Shown here: piece after piece, positions 51,526 to 62,240 of the stretch
Layout: each line of letters starts with the position of its first letter
Numbering within the stretch: position 1 is the first letter of the stretch
Assembly: GCA_965214405.1 (NCBI GenBank)
Contig: OZ243956.1
Span: forward strand, 1,120,001 to 1,184,000
DNA length: 64,000 bases
Direction of reading: 5' to 3'
Source: Trueperaceae bacterium
GTDB lineage: Bacteria; Deinococcota; Deinococci; Deinococcales; Trueperaceae
The notes under the pieces: generated by a model
Database searches by the model: none
Told to the model about the DNA's origin: nothing
Seen by the model: only the letters and a program-made list of their open reading frames with translations
Program-made: the position numbers and the translations under genes

Positions 51526-51651
51526 GCGGTAGAATACCGCGTGCTTTCGCGCCTGTACAGGGTGCTGGAGCAGGCTCGAGCACGTTGTCAAGTTAACGCG
51601 GGCTGGACCTCACTCAGCTACTTCACACCTTCAACTGAGTAAGATGTGCAT

Positions 51652-51674
51652 GTACAGGTAGTCCCTACCTGTAC
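51652..51674. repeat. Inverted repeat in acyP/tamB divergent region
   Basis: GTACAGGTAG-TCC-CTACCTGTAC. Confidence 0.8.
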
Positions 51675-51843
51675 GTAAAAAATGTCACAATGGAAGAGCG
51701 TGACCCCACCCCAAAGAACCGGGGTCGCCGGAAGTCCTGGCGAGCATGACGCGCCCGCCAAAGTAATTGTGAGCCTCAGCGGGAAAATAGAGAAGGTTTG
51801 TAAACAGTGATTTTGTAGACGGTAAATAACAAAGAGGAAACTT

Positions 51844-54800
51844 TTGACGACGAAATCTCAACCCAGGAATCAGGCGCGCCCTCCGGTCACGGGGCGGTGG
51901 GGGGGCGTTATCGGCGTTGTCGTGGTTCTTTTGGGTCTGCTTGGGACGCTCTACCTTCTGCCGCAAACGCCCGCGGGGCGGGGCTGGCTGCTCTCGAGGG
52001 TGCAGGGAGCGCTGTCGAATTCGGGCTACACGCTGAAATACGCAGAGAGCGCGGGCAATCCCTGGCGCGGCGCGACGCTGCGGGGCGCGACGCTGACGGG
52101 GCCGGGGGCGAATGTGTCGCTGGAGAGGCTCGAGGTTTCGTACACGCTGCCCGCGCTCTTGAGAGGTAAGCTGCCCCTTTTTATAGACGCCGAAACGTTG
52201 CGCGGGGAGGTGTCGCCGAGCGAGTTTCCAGAACGCGCGGGGGGCGGGGACCTCCTTATCGAGCCGGTGCTGCGGGCCTTAACGCTAAACGACGCCGCGC
52301 TTACGGTCGATGGGACAGCGTATGCGCTGCCTGGGCTGTCGTTATCGGACTTTTCTGTAAAACAAGAGGGCGACGTGTACACATTGGCGGGCGCGGTGGC
52401 GACGCCTGACGGGCGCGCCGACCTCGGCGGCGCGCTGAGGGTGAATCCGTTTGGGCTCGAGCTCGACGTCACCCGCGCCGACCTTTCTTTGGCGCGCCCC
52501 TGGTGGTCGGGCGCGCAGGGGGGCACGCTTTCGGGTCGGGTGAGCGTTCAGGGTGGGGAGGTGACGGGGCGGTTTGAACTCGAGAACGCCACCACCGCGC
52601 TCGCCGGAATCTCGCTGACGGAGGTGTCGGGACCCGTTAAACTCGACTATCCCTTTATCAACGCGGATCTGACGGGGAAGGCGCTCGGCGGGCCGGTCGC
52701 CGCCGAGGGAAACGTGGACATCGCCAAAAAGCTTTGGCAGGCAGACGTGACGGGGCGGGCGGAACTCGAGGAGACAGCAGGCTGGCTAGCGCAAGGGCGG
52801 CTGGATGAACGTCAGCTCGAGGCGGTGCCCCTCACCGGAACGGCGGACATATCTCTTAACGCCTCGGGCTGGCGGGAGGTCACGCTCACGGGCACGGCGA
52901 CGGGCACGGGCACGGTGGCGGGGCGCGCGCTGGAAGGTCTCAACGCCGCCTTTGGTTTTCAGACGGGCGCGGGCACCAACGTCACCGCCGCGGCACAGGT
53001 TGCGGGCGCGCCCGTTGCGGTGACCTTGCGGCCTACTGGTGGGGGGCTCGAGCTGCAAGCGCGCGCGTCCCAGGTGCCGCTCATCGAGGGTCTTACGGGG
53101 AATCTCGACATAGAGGTGATAAACAGCGGTGACGGCTTGAGCGGCGGTGGAACCGCGGACGTGGCGGGCGAGGCGTGGGGCCGCACGCTTTCGGCGAAGG
53201 TGGACGGGACGCTGGATAGCGCGGGCTCGAGCCTCACACTGGAAGGCGAGAGCAGTTTGGGGGAAACGCTCACAGGTACTCTTTCATTAGAGGGCGGCAC
53301 TGTACAAGGCGACCTCACGGTGCGGGGGCTCACCGCGCCCGTTTTGAGCGAACCCTTTACGCTGCGGCTCCTTGCCGACGGTTCTTTAGAGGCGTTGCCG
53401 CTGGCGCTCGAGCTTAGCGCAGCGGAGCCCTTAGAACTCACGGCGGGCGGGCGCGGGCTGGCGACCGACCTTCGCGGGAGAGCGGAAGCCACGTTGCGCG
53501 GGTCGAACCTCGCCTTACAAGGCAACTTTGGCGGCTTAGAGCTTGAAGGCAACATAGATGTAACCTCACGCAACGGGAGCCTGACCTACGTCCTTACAGA
53601 CACGGCGCTGCGCGGCCCGGCCACGGGAACGGTTTCTATAGAAGAGGGAACGCTGACGCTGGACGGCGGAACCGTCCGCACACAGGCGCGGCTCCTCTCC
53701 TCACCCTTAGACGCCGGGGCGCTCGGTTTGCCCGCGCTGGACGCGGGGGTGACGGTTTCTAACGGCGAGGGGGGCGGCCTCACCGTAACGCTGCAAGACG
53801 CGGCGAAGGGGCTTTCTTTGGAGCTTCAGGGGGACGAGGTCGCGGCCACCTTTGGAGATACGCCCGTCACCTTGGGCGGCGAGGCGGCGACATTGGACGG
53901 GCGGGCAAGCTTTGATATAGGTGCGCCCCTCGAGAGCCTCAGCACAGACCTCAATGTGACGGGCGCGCTGGGCACGGCGCGGCTCGAGGGCGACGCTGCC
54001 GGAACGAGGCTCGAGCTTCACGCCGAGCCGGGCTTCGCGCTCGGCCCCCTCACGCTGGCGCAGGCCGCCGACCTCAGCGGCACGCTTAATTTGGTGGCAC
54101 GGCAGGTAGATTTAACGGGACGCGTGGGGGCGCTTGACGTGAACCTGACAGGTTCTGCGGAGGCTCCTACGCTCACCCTAAAGAATGCAGGAGAAACGCT
54201 GCGGGTGGACGTTGGCTTGGCGTCGGGGACGCTCTCCACCTGGAACGTTGAGGGGAATTTGCCGCTGGACCCCCTTGGGGCGGCGTTGGGGCTGCCGGTG
54301 ACGGGCACGCTGACCTCGGACTTGTCCGCCGATAACGGGCGTTACGAGGGGACGGCGGCGCTGAACGGGAGCGTTTTCGGCCGGGCGGTGGGCGCGACCT
54401 TGCAGGGGACGGGCGACGAACTTTTGGTAGAGGCTCAAACGCCCGCGGCGGGGCAAACCGTCAGGCTTAGCGGCTCTCTTTTACCCGAGCTTAGTGCGGC
54501 GCTCGAGCTTCCCGCCCTAGACGTGGGAATAACGCTGCAAGGCCCACCGGGCGCGCTCACCGCCACGGGTGAGGGTGTGGTGCCGGAGCTGTCGCGCGCG
54601 GGGGTGAGTCTGGAGCCGCAGCCCTGGACGTTTAACGGGAGTTTGCAAGACCAGCGCGCCACCCTCACCGTCGGAGAGTCGGCGCTGGAGGCGCGCTGGG
54701 GTGCGGAAGGTTGGGCGCTGGACGGTCGCATCTCTCAGGGGGTGACGCTACCGGGCGGGACGGCGCGCCTTGCGGCGGACGTTCGCGCTGGGGACGCGGG

Positions 54801-57800
54801 TGGGGGCAGTGGGACAGGGGACGGTTTATCCGAGAGCAGTGTGACAGGTTCGCTGACCCTCGAGACACCAGGCGAAGACGTAATGCTGCCCCTGACGGGT
54901 ACGCTTCAAGACCTCGCGCTTAACGGGCGCGTGCCCGCCTCTCTTGCAGCAGAAGCGTTTAGTTTGGGGGTTCCACTCGAGGGCGACCTCACCCTCGACG
55001 TTCACGTCACGCCCTTTGCAGCGTCACGTTTTGATGCAACGGCGGTGTGGGAGACGAGCACGCCGCTCACCGTCAACGTACGTGATGCGGGGGGCTTACG
55101 CGTGACCGCGGCGGCTGAGGGATTCACGGCGGGCTTTGAGAACGGGCGTCTGGAAGGGGCTGCCGACGCATTTTCTCTCGGCGCTTTTTCGCCCGCGCTG
55201 GCGGGCGCGGCGCTCTCGGGTGACCTTGAAGGCTCGCTTGCAGACGCCGCAGGCTGGGACGGCCTTCTCACCCTTACGACCCGCGACCCCGCGGCGGCGC
55301 TCACGCTCCGGGGCGCGGGTGAGCAACTGCTGCTAGAGGGTGAGGCCGCAGGAAATGCGTGGAGCGCCAGCGCCAACGGCTCCCTCTTGCCAAGCCCGCA
55401 GCTCGAGCTCACCGCAAAGGCGGCGGATGTGGCGAGTTTCACGGGCAACCTCACCGGGACGAGCCTTAAGGGCCGCGCGGTGGTGGACGCGCCGGACGCG
55501 CCCGCGCTCGGGTTAAGTGTGCCCGAGGAGACGGTGGACGTGCAGGCGAGCTTTAGGGACGGCCTCAGCCTCGCCTTGCGCGGCGACGCGCTCGTGGCAG
55601 ACCTGCAAAACGGCGTGTGGGCGGGGCGGCTCGAGCTTCCCTTTAATCTTGAGGGTGAAACGCATTGGGTTACAGGTACGCTTGCAGGCGCGGGTCTCTC
55701 CCCTGCCTTGGGGGGCGCGGTATCAGGGCCTTTTATTGAGGGGCCGCTCGAGCTGAGCCGGGCGGGCGTGACGGGCACGTTGGCGCTCGAGCCTGCCCCC
55801 TGGCTTCCTGACGCGCTCTCCAGCAGACTTGACGGCTCAAATGTCACGGTCACCCTCAACGCCACGCCGGACGCGCGGTGGGAGGCTGCCGTAAAAGCGA
55901 CGGCGGAAACTACGGCGCGTCTCCAAAAGTTGCCTCTGGACCTCCAGGCCGAATTCTCAGGCGAGGGCGCACGTTACGCGGGTGGGGGCGCGGTGACGTT
56001 TGAGGACCAAACCCTTCCCTTTACCCTTCAGGGGGAGGGCGGCGCGCTCTCCGGCGAGGTGACGCTCGAGGACGTGGCGTTAGAGCCCTTCAGTGCGCTC
56101 CTGCCCCTCTCCCTTACGGGCGCGGCGGACGGGACGGTGGCGTTCGGGACGGGAGACGGCCTGACTTACGACGCCGACGTGACGCTTACCGGACAAGCGC
56201 AGGAGCAGCCCTTTGGCGTGACGCTGACGGCGACGCCGGGGCGCTTAGAGGTAACGGGTGAGGCCGCGGGCGTTTCTGTAAGCGTGAACGGGACTCCGGC
56301 AGACGGGTTCGGGTTCGCGCTCGAGGACGCGGCGCGCGCTCTCGAGCTCGCCGGGAGGCTCGAGCTGGGGGACAGTTTGAGAGACGGTGTGGCGCTCGAG
56401 GGAGCGGGGCAGGCTTTGGGCCAACCCGTCACGCTCTCCGCCGCCTACAAACCGGACGACGCGCGCTTTGAAGCGTCGGTCGCGGGGGCGACGCTCTCAG
56501 GTTCCTTGCAAGGAACCCGATTCGAGGCGCAGGCGCGCGTGCCGGAGGGGACGCTCCCCGCGGCGGCCCCTATCGGGGACGTCCAGATCGAGATAACGGG
56601 TGAAGTTTCAGGAGGCGTGACGATAACGGACCTGAACGTGCGCTCAACCCTTCTGGACGAGCCGCTGGCGCTGGCTGCGGCGGGCGCGGCCTGGCCGGAC
56701 ACGAACCTGACGGGCAGCCTCAACTTGGGCGGCGCGCCCGAACCCGCGCGCGTGAGCGTAGTTAAGAGTGAGAATCTTTATAAAGTTTTTCTCAAGCAGG
56801 GAGCCCTCCTCGCTTCGGCTTACTTAGAGAGCGGGACATTTTCGCAGCTTTCGCTCGAGGGCGAAACAACCTTGCCCCTTGGTAAGTTGGGCGTAAGCAC
56901 CCTTGCGCAAGCGGGTCTCGCCGTCACGTCAGACCTTATGTGGACACCCGAGGAGGGCTATCAGGGCGGGGCGGAGCTTGGGCTCGAGCCGTCCTCAGAG
57001 GGAGACGCGCGGGCGCAGTTCACCCTCTCCGGTAACGGCCCCTTAATGGTGACGGGCGAGGGAAGCGTGCAGGGTTCTGTCTTGAGGCTTAATACCAGTC
57101 TCGGCCCGTCTCTACAGAATCCCGCCCTCGGCGGAAGCGCGCATCTCGAGACCTCTCTATCCACCCTCGCGCCGGTCTGGCCGGGTGAGGCGCTCGCCCT
57201 CACGGGCGACGTGACGCTTGCCGGAAGCGCGCGCGCGCCCACGGTCGCGGGGACGGTTCGTTTGGAGGGCGCGCTTACGTACGACGGAACGCTGGAAGGG
57301 AGCTTAGGGGGAGTCAACGTAAACCTGGCTGGGCCGGGATTGAACCTCACAGCATCCGGGGACGCGGGCGGCTGGACGCTCACCACGGAGGCGCGGAGTC
57401 TCGACGTAGGGCCTCTCTTGCCTCCCGTCAGCGTGCCCCTAGTCTCGGGTACTTTTGAGGCGTCACAAGCGTGGGGGGAGCCGCTGCGGGCGTCTTTGAC
57501 GGGGCTCGAGTTCTGGACCTTGCGGAGCGAAGTGTCGGGCGCATTGCATTATGACGAAGGGATAACGGGCACCCTGGCGGGGCACCTCGATGTGGCCGAT
57601 TGGCGGGGCGCGCCGCTGCGGGGCGTCATTCGGGGGGACGTGGCGTTGGGAGGAGCAGGAGACACAGCGGGAGAAGCAGGGAACCTGGCGGGCACCGTTA
57701 CGCTCGAGAACTTAGGGCTCCAGAGCGCGCCGTGGGGGCTTTCCGGCACCGCCACGCTTGCAGGTTCCGCCGCCGACCCCGAGCTTGACGTGAGGCTGAC

Positions 57801-60800
57801 GGGGGTGGGGGGCGCGAGCGGGACGCTTCTGGGGACTGCCGCGCCGCGTTCTGGGCGCGCGTCTTTAAGGAGCGACCTCGCCGTGGCGGATTTTTCGTCG
57901 GACGCGACCTTAACGCTCGCGCCGGGAGAGGCCGACGCGTCGGGCACGCTCGCCTGGGGTGACTACGGCCTCACGCTGAGGGGTGACACAAGCGCGGTTG
58001 ACTTTCTGGGGACGGGCGCGCTGGCGGGGTGGGCGGCGGAGCTGGACCCCGCGCGGGGCGCGCTCTCGCTGGGGGGGGCTCTTGAGTCCTTTGGAGCGCT
58101 CGCAGGACGAGTGGCGCTCTCGCTGGACGCGAAAGGAGACGTTTGGCTCACGGGCGCGCTGACGGACGTGCGGGTGGGGAACATACCCGTTGGAACGGTG
58201 GCGCTGCGTGGAGCGGGTGGCAAAGTTGCCGTTGACGGAGAAGCCATAGCGGGAACGGTGGCGCTTACCGGGAGTCCTCAGTGGACCTTGCAGCGCCTCG
58301 AGCTGCCCCTGCCCGCAGGGGTGCGGCTCGAGGCCTCGGGCTCAGGCGGGCTGGGTCGGGGCGCGCTTACCGGCGCGCTCTCGGGCACGCTCGCGGATGC
58401 GGAGGTCGCGGTGGGGCTTACGGGTGGCTACGGAAACGGGGCGCTCTTCGTCACGGCGGACGGCGGTCTTTTGTCAGGTGAGGTAAGTCTGGACGCGCGC
58501 TTTGGGGAGGGCTGGTCGGGCGGGCTCGAGCTTACAGGCGCACACCTTGGGGATATGACGGCGGACGTGCGGGGGGAGCTTTCGGGCGCGCTCGCCGCGC
58601 CGCAGCTTAGCGGCCAGGTGGAGGCTCTAGGGACTGGTATTTTGGCTGAAAGTCGCCTCAGCGGGACGTTTGGCGCGAGTTCTCAAGGCGTAACCGTAAC
58701 GCAGACCCTCACCTCGCCCCGTCTCAGCGCACCGCTGACTCTTTCGGGTGAGGTCTGGCCCGCGCCCGCGCTCGCGTTGGAAAGCGGGGGGGAGAGGCTC
58801 GAGCTAAACATTAGCGGGGACGGAAAGCTCACGAGCCGGGGAAGTCTTACTGTGGAAGCAGCGGGCTTTGGCCTCAGGTTGGGAACGCTCGAGAGCTCAG
58901 GGGGGCTTGGCGGGATTCTCGAGACGCCTCTGCCTGGTTTCGCGCTGGAGACGGGTGTAACAAATGTGACGGAGCTACTGGCGCGTCAAACGTTGCGGCT
59001 TGGGGGCCAAGAGAACGCAGACGGCGCGCTCATCATAGGCTGGGGGGACGGTCTCACGCTCGAGGCGGAGGGTCTGGGGTACAGAACGCAGGCGGGAACG
59101 CTGAGTCTGACGGGGACGCTGGCAGGGCTTAACGGCGCGCTTCAAGGGCGCTGGGGGGGGACGGGCGGCGACCTCCTCCCCTGGTTGGCCGAGGCGGAAG
59201 TTCCCTTTAGTGTGGCGGTCGAGGACGCGCAGGTCACGTTAAGCTCGCAAAGTTCGTTGGGGCGGCTTACCGCCAGCCTCGACCCCGAACGGCTCGCGCT
59301 CGACGTAGACGCGGCGCTGGCAACCAGCGCGGGCGCGGCTACCGTCCAACTCGCCTACACGCCCCAGGCGGGGCCGCAAGGCACCGTGACGCTAGACGGG
59401 GTGCCGCTGCTCGGCGGTGACGCGCCGCTCGGTTTGGGGGCGAACCTCACGCTGGACGCTGGGGGCGTCGCGGGCGACGCGCGGCTCCTCGCGGGGGGCG
59501 GGACGCTTCGCGCGGCGGGCACGCTCGGCTGGACGCGCTTGGTGCCCGAAGGGCTGCGCACGCGGTTTTTGCCCCTGGCCGAGAACACGCTGCGGGGCAC
59601 GCTGCGGGCGGCCAACGTGGATTTAGCCGCGCTGCCCGGCGTGGCGCTGCCCAACGTGTACGCGCCGCTGAGCGGGACAGCCGAGTTCGGCGGGGACAAC
59701 GTCGCCGGGCAGCTTCTCATCCCCGAGGGTCGCGTGCTGGACACGCCGCTGCCGACCGAATTAGAGTTCAACGGCACCCTCGCCAATATCGACGTGCGCG
59801 GTTTGCTGGGTGAGAGCCGCGTTAATCTCGGGTGGAACGGGCGCACGCTTTCGGGTCTGGTGAATTTAGAAAATTTCCCCTTGCAAACCCTCGCCGAGGC
59901 GGTGGTGGGCGATACGGGCGTTCAGGCGTCGCTCACGGGGGTGGCGCGGCTCGAGCTGCCCGTCGCCACGCCCGCGCAGGGCACCTTAGACGTCGCAACC
60001 GAGCGCGTGCGCCTAGAGCGTGACGGGGTCGTGAGCGAGGGCAACGCGTCGTTTCGCTTTGAGGCGGGCGGGCTCATCGTGGACGAGGTGCGTTTTAGCG
60101 GCGCGGGCGAGTGGCGCGCGCAGGGGCGGGTGACGCGCGACGCGCTCACCGGCTCGGTCGAGGCCGAGAACGCGGACTTCGGCCCTCTCCTGGGTTTGGT
60201 GCCGCGTTTGGCCGAGCTCGAGGTGGGGGCGCAGGGTTCGTTTACGCTGCGCGCGGGGGGCTCGCTCAGGAATCCCGACATCACCTTCTCCGCGCCCGAG
60301 CTGGCGCTAAAGGCGGGCGGCGCGGCGGGGCAACTTGACGGGACCGAAGGACGCCTCACGGGTGAAACGCTCTCGCTCACCTCCACGCTTACAGGCACCT
60401 CCCCCGTCACCGGCTCGCTGGCTGTTGAGGGCGGCGGCACCCTCAGCCTGCTGCCTTTTACCACGACGGGCCTCCGCTTCGGCTTCGGCGGCGCGGCGAC
60501 CCTGCCGGTCGTGGGCACGGTAGAGGCGCTGCGCGGCGAAGTCGCCTCGAGCAGCGAGGGCTGGACGCTCGACGCGACCGGCACGCTCGGCGAACCCTTT
60601 CGCGTTTCGGGTACCGTTGCGCCGCTCGACCTGCGTTTGGCGGGTGAGAACCTTGACTTGCGCGCGCCGCGTTACTTTTTGGCCTCGAGCGTGACCGACG
60701 CCGACTTACGCTTGCGCGCGGGCGGGCTGCCGGAAAACGGCTCAGGAGAGTCTGGAGACGCGTTCGTTCTTTCCGGCACTTTAGAGGCGACCGAGGCGCA

Positions 60801-61905
60801 GTTGGTCGGCGACCGCGCGGCCAAAGAAGCGCCGGTCGAGGGCGAAACGGGCGGGGCGGGAGAAAGGGGAGAAGGCGCGGGTGAGGAGGCCGGAAGGAGT
60901 GAAAATTCCTTTTTCGAGCGCGTCCTCTTCAACGACGTCACGGTGCGCGCGCCTCAAGAGCTGCGCTTCACCGCAGGCTACGGCTCCGCCGAACTCGGGC
61001 TCGACTTGACCGTCTCGGGCTCCGCCGCCGCGCCGCGGCTGGCGGGTGAGGCGCGCGCGCTGCGGGGCTCGTTCGGGTTCGCCAACCGCGACTTTACTAT
61101 CGACCGCGCGGTCGCCTCGTTTGACGCCGCGCGCGGGGCTTACCCCGTGCTCGACGTCGCGGCGCACACGAGCTTTGACAAAACCGCGGTGCTGCGCGGG
61201 GCCGACGCGCGGCGCGTGGACTTCGCCGAGCCGAGCGGGAGTTCGTTTGACGTGCTGCTAACCCTGGCGGGCGACTTAGGGGGCAATCCGGTGGACACGA
61301 ACCTCGCGCTCGCCCCCCAACTCGAAAGCCCCGCGCGCATCGAGGTCCCCGGCGAGGGCGGCCCGCGGCCCCTGTCGGACGGCGAACTTTTGTCGCTCCT
61401 CACGGTGGGGCGGCTCGAGCTGGGCAGCACGCTGGTGGGAGCGGAGGGCGTCGCGGGCTCTGTGGCGGGCAGCGCGGTCGATACGGCGGTCGATCTGTTT
61501 ATCCTTTCTGAACTTCAAAACGCAATCGGCGACGCGCTCGGGCTCGATTTCACGATTCAAACGAGTCCGCTCTCAAACGTCTTGAACGGAGACGGCGACC
61601 CGTTCGGGGTGTCGCTCGAGCTGGGCGGCTACGTTGACGAAGACCTGTTCGCCTCCTACCGCATCGGCTCCTACAGCGACCCGACCGGCCAATACGCTCT
61701 GTCAAACGAGTTCAGCCTCTCCTACGACCTAGCGCCCCTCAAACTCAACCTGTCGGGCGGCCTCAACTTTACCGAAGCCTTTGACCCCGTACCCGCGTTC
61801 GGCATCGCGCTCGGCTACGACTTGGCCCCCTTTACCTTCGACGCGGGCGTGGACCTGTCGGGGCTTGAGCAGCGCTTCGGCCTGGGCGTGAGCATCCGCT
61901 GGTAA
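51844..61905 (+). CDS. tamB: Giant TamB/AsmA-like (DUF490) envelope protein, 3353 aa
   Basis: N-terminal TM anchor; long Gly/Leu/Ala-rich beta-strand repeats; C-terminal DUF490-like region (GSAAAPRLAG...LLSLLTVGR...FGLGVSIRW). Confidence 0.88.
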   Translation: MTTKSQPRNQARPPVTGRWGGVIGVVVVLLGLLGTLYLLPQTPAGRGWLLSRVQGALSNSGYTLKYAESAGNPWRGATLRGATLTGPGANVSLERLEVSYTLPALLRGKLPLFIDAETLRGEVSPSEFPERAGGGDLLIEPVLRALTLNDAALTVDGTAYALPGLSLSDFSVKQEGDVYTLAGAVATPDGRADLGGALRVNPFGLELDVTRADLSLARPWWSGAQGGTLSGRVSVQGGEVTGRFELENATTALAGISLTEVSGPVKLDYPFINADLTGKALGGPVAAEGNVDIAKKLWQADVTGRAELEETAGWLAQGRLDERQLEAVPLTGTADISLNASGWREVTLTGTATGTGTVAGRALEGLNAAFGFQTGAGTNVTAAAQVAGAPVAVTLRPTGGGLELQARASQVPLIEGLTGNLDIEVINSGDGLSGGGTADVAGEAWGRTLSAKVDGTLDSAGSSLTLEGESSLGETLTGTLSLEGGTVQGDLTVRGLTAPVLSEPFTLRLLADGSLEALPLALELSAAEPLELTAGGRGLATDLRGRAEATLRGSNLALQGNFGGLELEGNIDVTSRNGSLTYVLTDTALRGPATGTVSIEEGTLTLDGGTVRTQARLLSSPLDAGALGLPALDAGVTVSNGEGGGLTVTLQDAAKGLSLELQGDEVAATFGDTPVTLGGEAATLDGRASFDIGAPLESLSTDLNVTGALGTARLEGDAAGTRLELHAEPGFALGPLTLAQAADLSGTLNLVARQVDLTGRVGALDVNLTGSAEAPTLTLKNAGETLRVDVGLASGTLSTWNVEGNLPLDPLGAALGLPVTGTLTSDLSADNGRYEGTAALNGSVFGRAVGATLQGTGDELLVEAQTPAAGQTVRLSGSLLPELSAALELPALDVGITLQGPPGALTATGEGVVPELSRAGVSLEPQPWTFNGSLQDQRATLTVGESALEARWGAEGWALDGRISQGVTLPGGTARLAADVRAGDAGGGSGTGDGLSESSVTGSLTLETPGEDVMLPLTGTLQDLALNGRVPASLAAEAFSLGVPLEGDLTLDVHVTPFAASRFDATAVWETSTPLTVNVRDAGGLRVTAAAEGFTAGFENGRLEGAADAFSLGAFSPALAGAALSGDLEGSLADAAGWDGLLTLTTRDPAAALTLRGAGEQLLLEGEAAGNAWSASANGSLLPSPQLELTAKAADVASFTGNLTGTSLKGRAVVDAPDAPALGLSVPEETVDVQASFRDGLSLALRGDALVADLQNGVWAGRLELPFNLEGETHWVTGTLAGAGLSPALGGAVSGPFIEGPLELSRAGVTGTLALEPAPWLPDALSSRLDGSNVTVTLNATPDARWEAAVKATAETTARLQKLPLDLQAEFSGEGARYAGGGAVTFEDQTLPFTLQGEGGALSGEVTLEDVALEPFSALLPLSLTGAADGTVAFGTGDGLTYDADVTLTGQAQEQPFGVTLTATPGRLEVTGEAAGVSVSVNGTPADGFGFALEDAARALELAGRLELGDSLRDGVALEGAGQALGQPVTLSAAYKPDDARFEASVAGATLSGSLQGTRFEAQARVPEGTLPAAAPIGDVQIEITGEVSGGVTITDLNVRSTLLDEPLALAAAGAAWPDTNLTGSLNLGGAPEPARVSVVKSENLYKVFLKQGALLASAYLESGTFSQLSLEGETTLPLGKLGVSTLAQAGLAVTSDLMWTPEEGYQGGAELGLEPSSEGDARAQFTLSGNGPLMVTGEGSVQGSVLRLNTSLGPSLQNPALGGSAHLETSLSTLAPVWPGEALALTGDVTLAGSARAPTVAGTVRLEGALTYDGTLEGSLGGVNVNLAGPGLNLTASGDAGGWTLTTEARSLDVGPLLPPVSVPLVSGTFEASQAWGEPLRASLTGLEFWTLRSEVSGALHYDEGITGTLAGHLDVADWRGAPLRGVIRGDVALGGAGDTAGEAGNLAGTVTLENLGLQSAPWGLSGTATLAGSAADPELDVRLTGVGGASGTLLGTAAPRSGRASLRSDLAVADFSSDATLTLAPGEADASGTLAWGDYGLTLRGDTSAVDFLGTGALAGWAAELDPARGALSLGGALESFGALAGRVALSLDAKGDVWLTGALTDVRVGNIPVGTVALRGAGGKVAVDGEAIAGTVALTGSPQWTLQRLELPLPAGVRLEASGSGGLGRGALTGALSGTLADAEVAVGLTGGYGNGALFVTADGGLLSGEVSLDARFGEGWSGGLELTGAHLGDMTADVRGELSGALAAPQLSGQVEALGTGILAESRLSGTFGASSQGVTVTQTLTSPRLSAPLTLSGEVWPAPALALESGGERLELNISGDGKLTSRGSLTVEAAGFGLRLGTLESSGGLGGILETPLPGFALETGVTNVTELLARQTLRLGGQENADGALIIGWGDGLTLEAEGLGYRTQAGTLSLTGTLAGLNGALQGRWGGTGGDLLPWLAEAEVPFSVAVEDAQVTLSSQSSLGRLTASLDPERLALDVDAALATSAGAATVQLAYTPQAGPQGTVTLDGVPLLGGDAPLGLGANLTLDAGGVAGDARLLAGGGTLRAAGTLGWTRLVPEGLRTRFLPLAENTLRGTLRAANVDLAALPGVALPNVYAPLSGTAEFGGDNVAGQLLIPEGRVLDTPLPTELEFNGTLANIDVRGLLGESRVNLGWNGRTLSGLVNLENFPLQTLAEAVVGDTGVQASLTGVARLELPVATPAQGTLDVATERVRLERDGVVSEGNASFRFEAGGLIVDEVRFSGAGEWRAQGRVTRDALTGSVEAENADFGPLLGLVPRLAELEVGAQGSFTLRAGGSLRNPDITFSAPELALKAGGAAGQLDGTEGRLTGETLSLTSTLTGTSPVTGSLAVEGGGTLSLLPFTTTGLRFGFGGAATLPVVGTVEALRGEVASSSEGWTLDATGTLGEPFRVSGTVAPLDLRLAGENLDLRAPRYFLASSVTDADLRLRAGGLPENGSGESGDAFVLSGTLEATEAQLVGDRAAKEAPVEGETGGAGERGEGAGEEAGRSENSFFERVLFNDVTVRAPQELRFTAGYGSAELGLDLTVSGSAAAPRLAGEARALRGSFGFANRDFTIDRAVASFDAARGAYPVLDVAAHTSFDKTAVLRGADARRVDFAEPSGSSFDVLLTLAGDLGGNPVDTNLALAPQLESPARIEVPGEGGPRPLSDGELLSLLTVGRLELGSTLVGAEGVAGSVAGSAVDTAVDLFILSELQNAIGDALGLDFTIQTSPLSNVLNGDGDPFGVSLELGGYVDEDLFASYRIGSYSDPTGQYALSNEFSLSYDLAPLKLNLSGGLNFTEAFDPVPAFGIALGYDLAPFTFDAGVDLSGLEQRFGLGVSIRW

Positions 61906-62118
61906 GTCGGGTGAGGTCTCGGGGCAACGGGAATCTCCCCCGCCACTCACCGGTTTCGCCTCGAGCATGGGCATGTTGAGGCTTTCTGACTGCGAAGAGT
62001 CGTGTGTACCTCGCCCTCGAGGGTTGTTCTTACCGCTCCGACCGAACCTGTTATGCTGGCGGGATAGAGGTATGAATAGGTTGCATAACCTCTTCATTTT
62101 GCCTGGGTTATTTCGCAT

Positions 62119-62177
62119 AGGTTCACACAGGTTTACACAGGTTCACCTAGATTGATTTCACACAGGTTGGTTTCACA
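62119..62177. repeat. Degenerate 10/15-bp tandem repeats upstream of pckA
   Basis: AGGTTCACAC AGGTTTACAC AGGTTCACCT AGATTGATTTCACAC AGGTTGGTTTCACA. Confidence 0.75.
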
Positions 62178-62240
62178 TACGCGCGCTCGAGCCCGCGGGC
62201 GCAAGGCTAGAGGAGCACGAGCAGAAGAGAGCAGGCTACA

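Noticed and set aside
51844..61905. The 10-kb ORF as a novel giant adhesin or toxin
   Set aside because: The N-terminal anchor and DUF490-like C-terminus fit the long TamB homologues known in Deinococcota.
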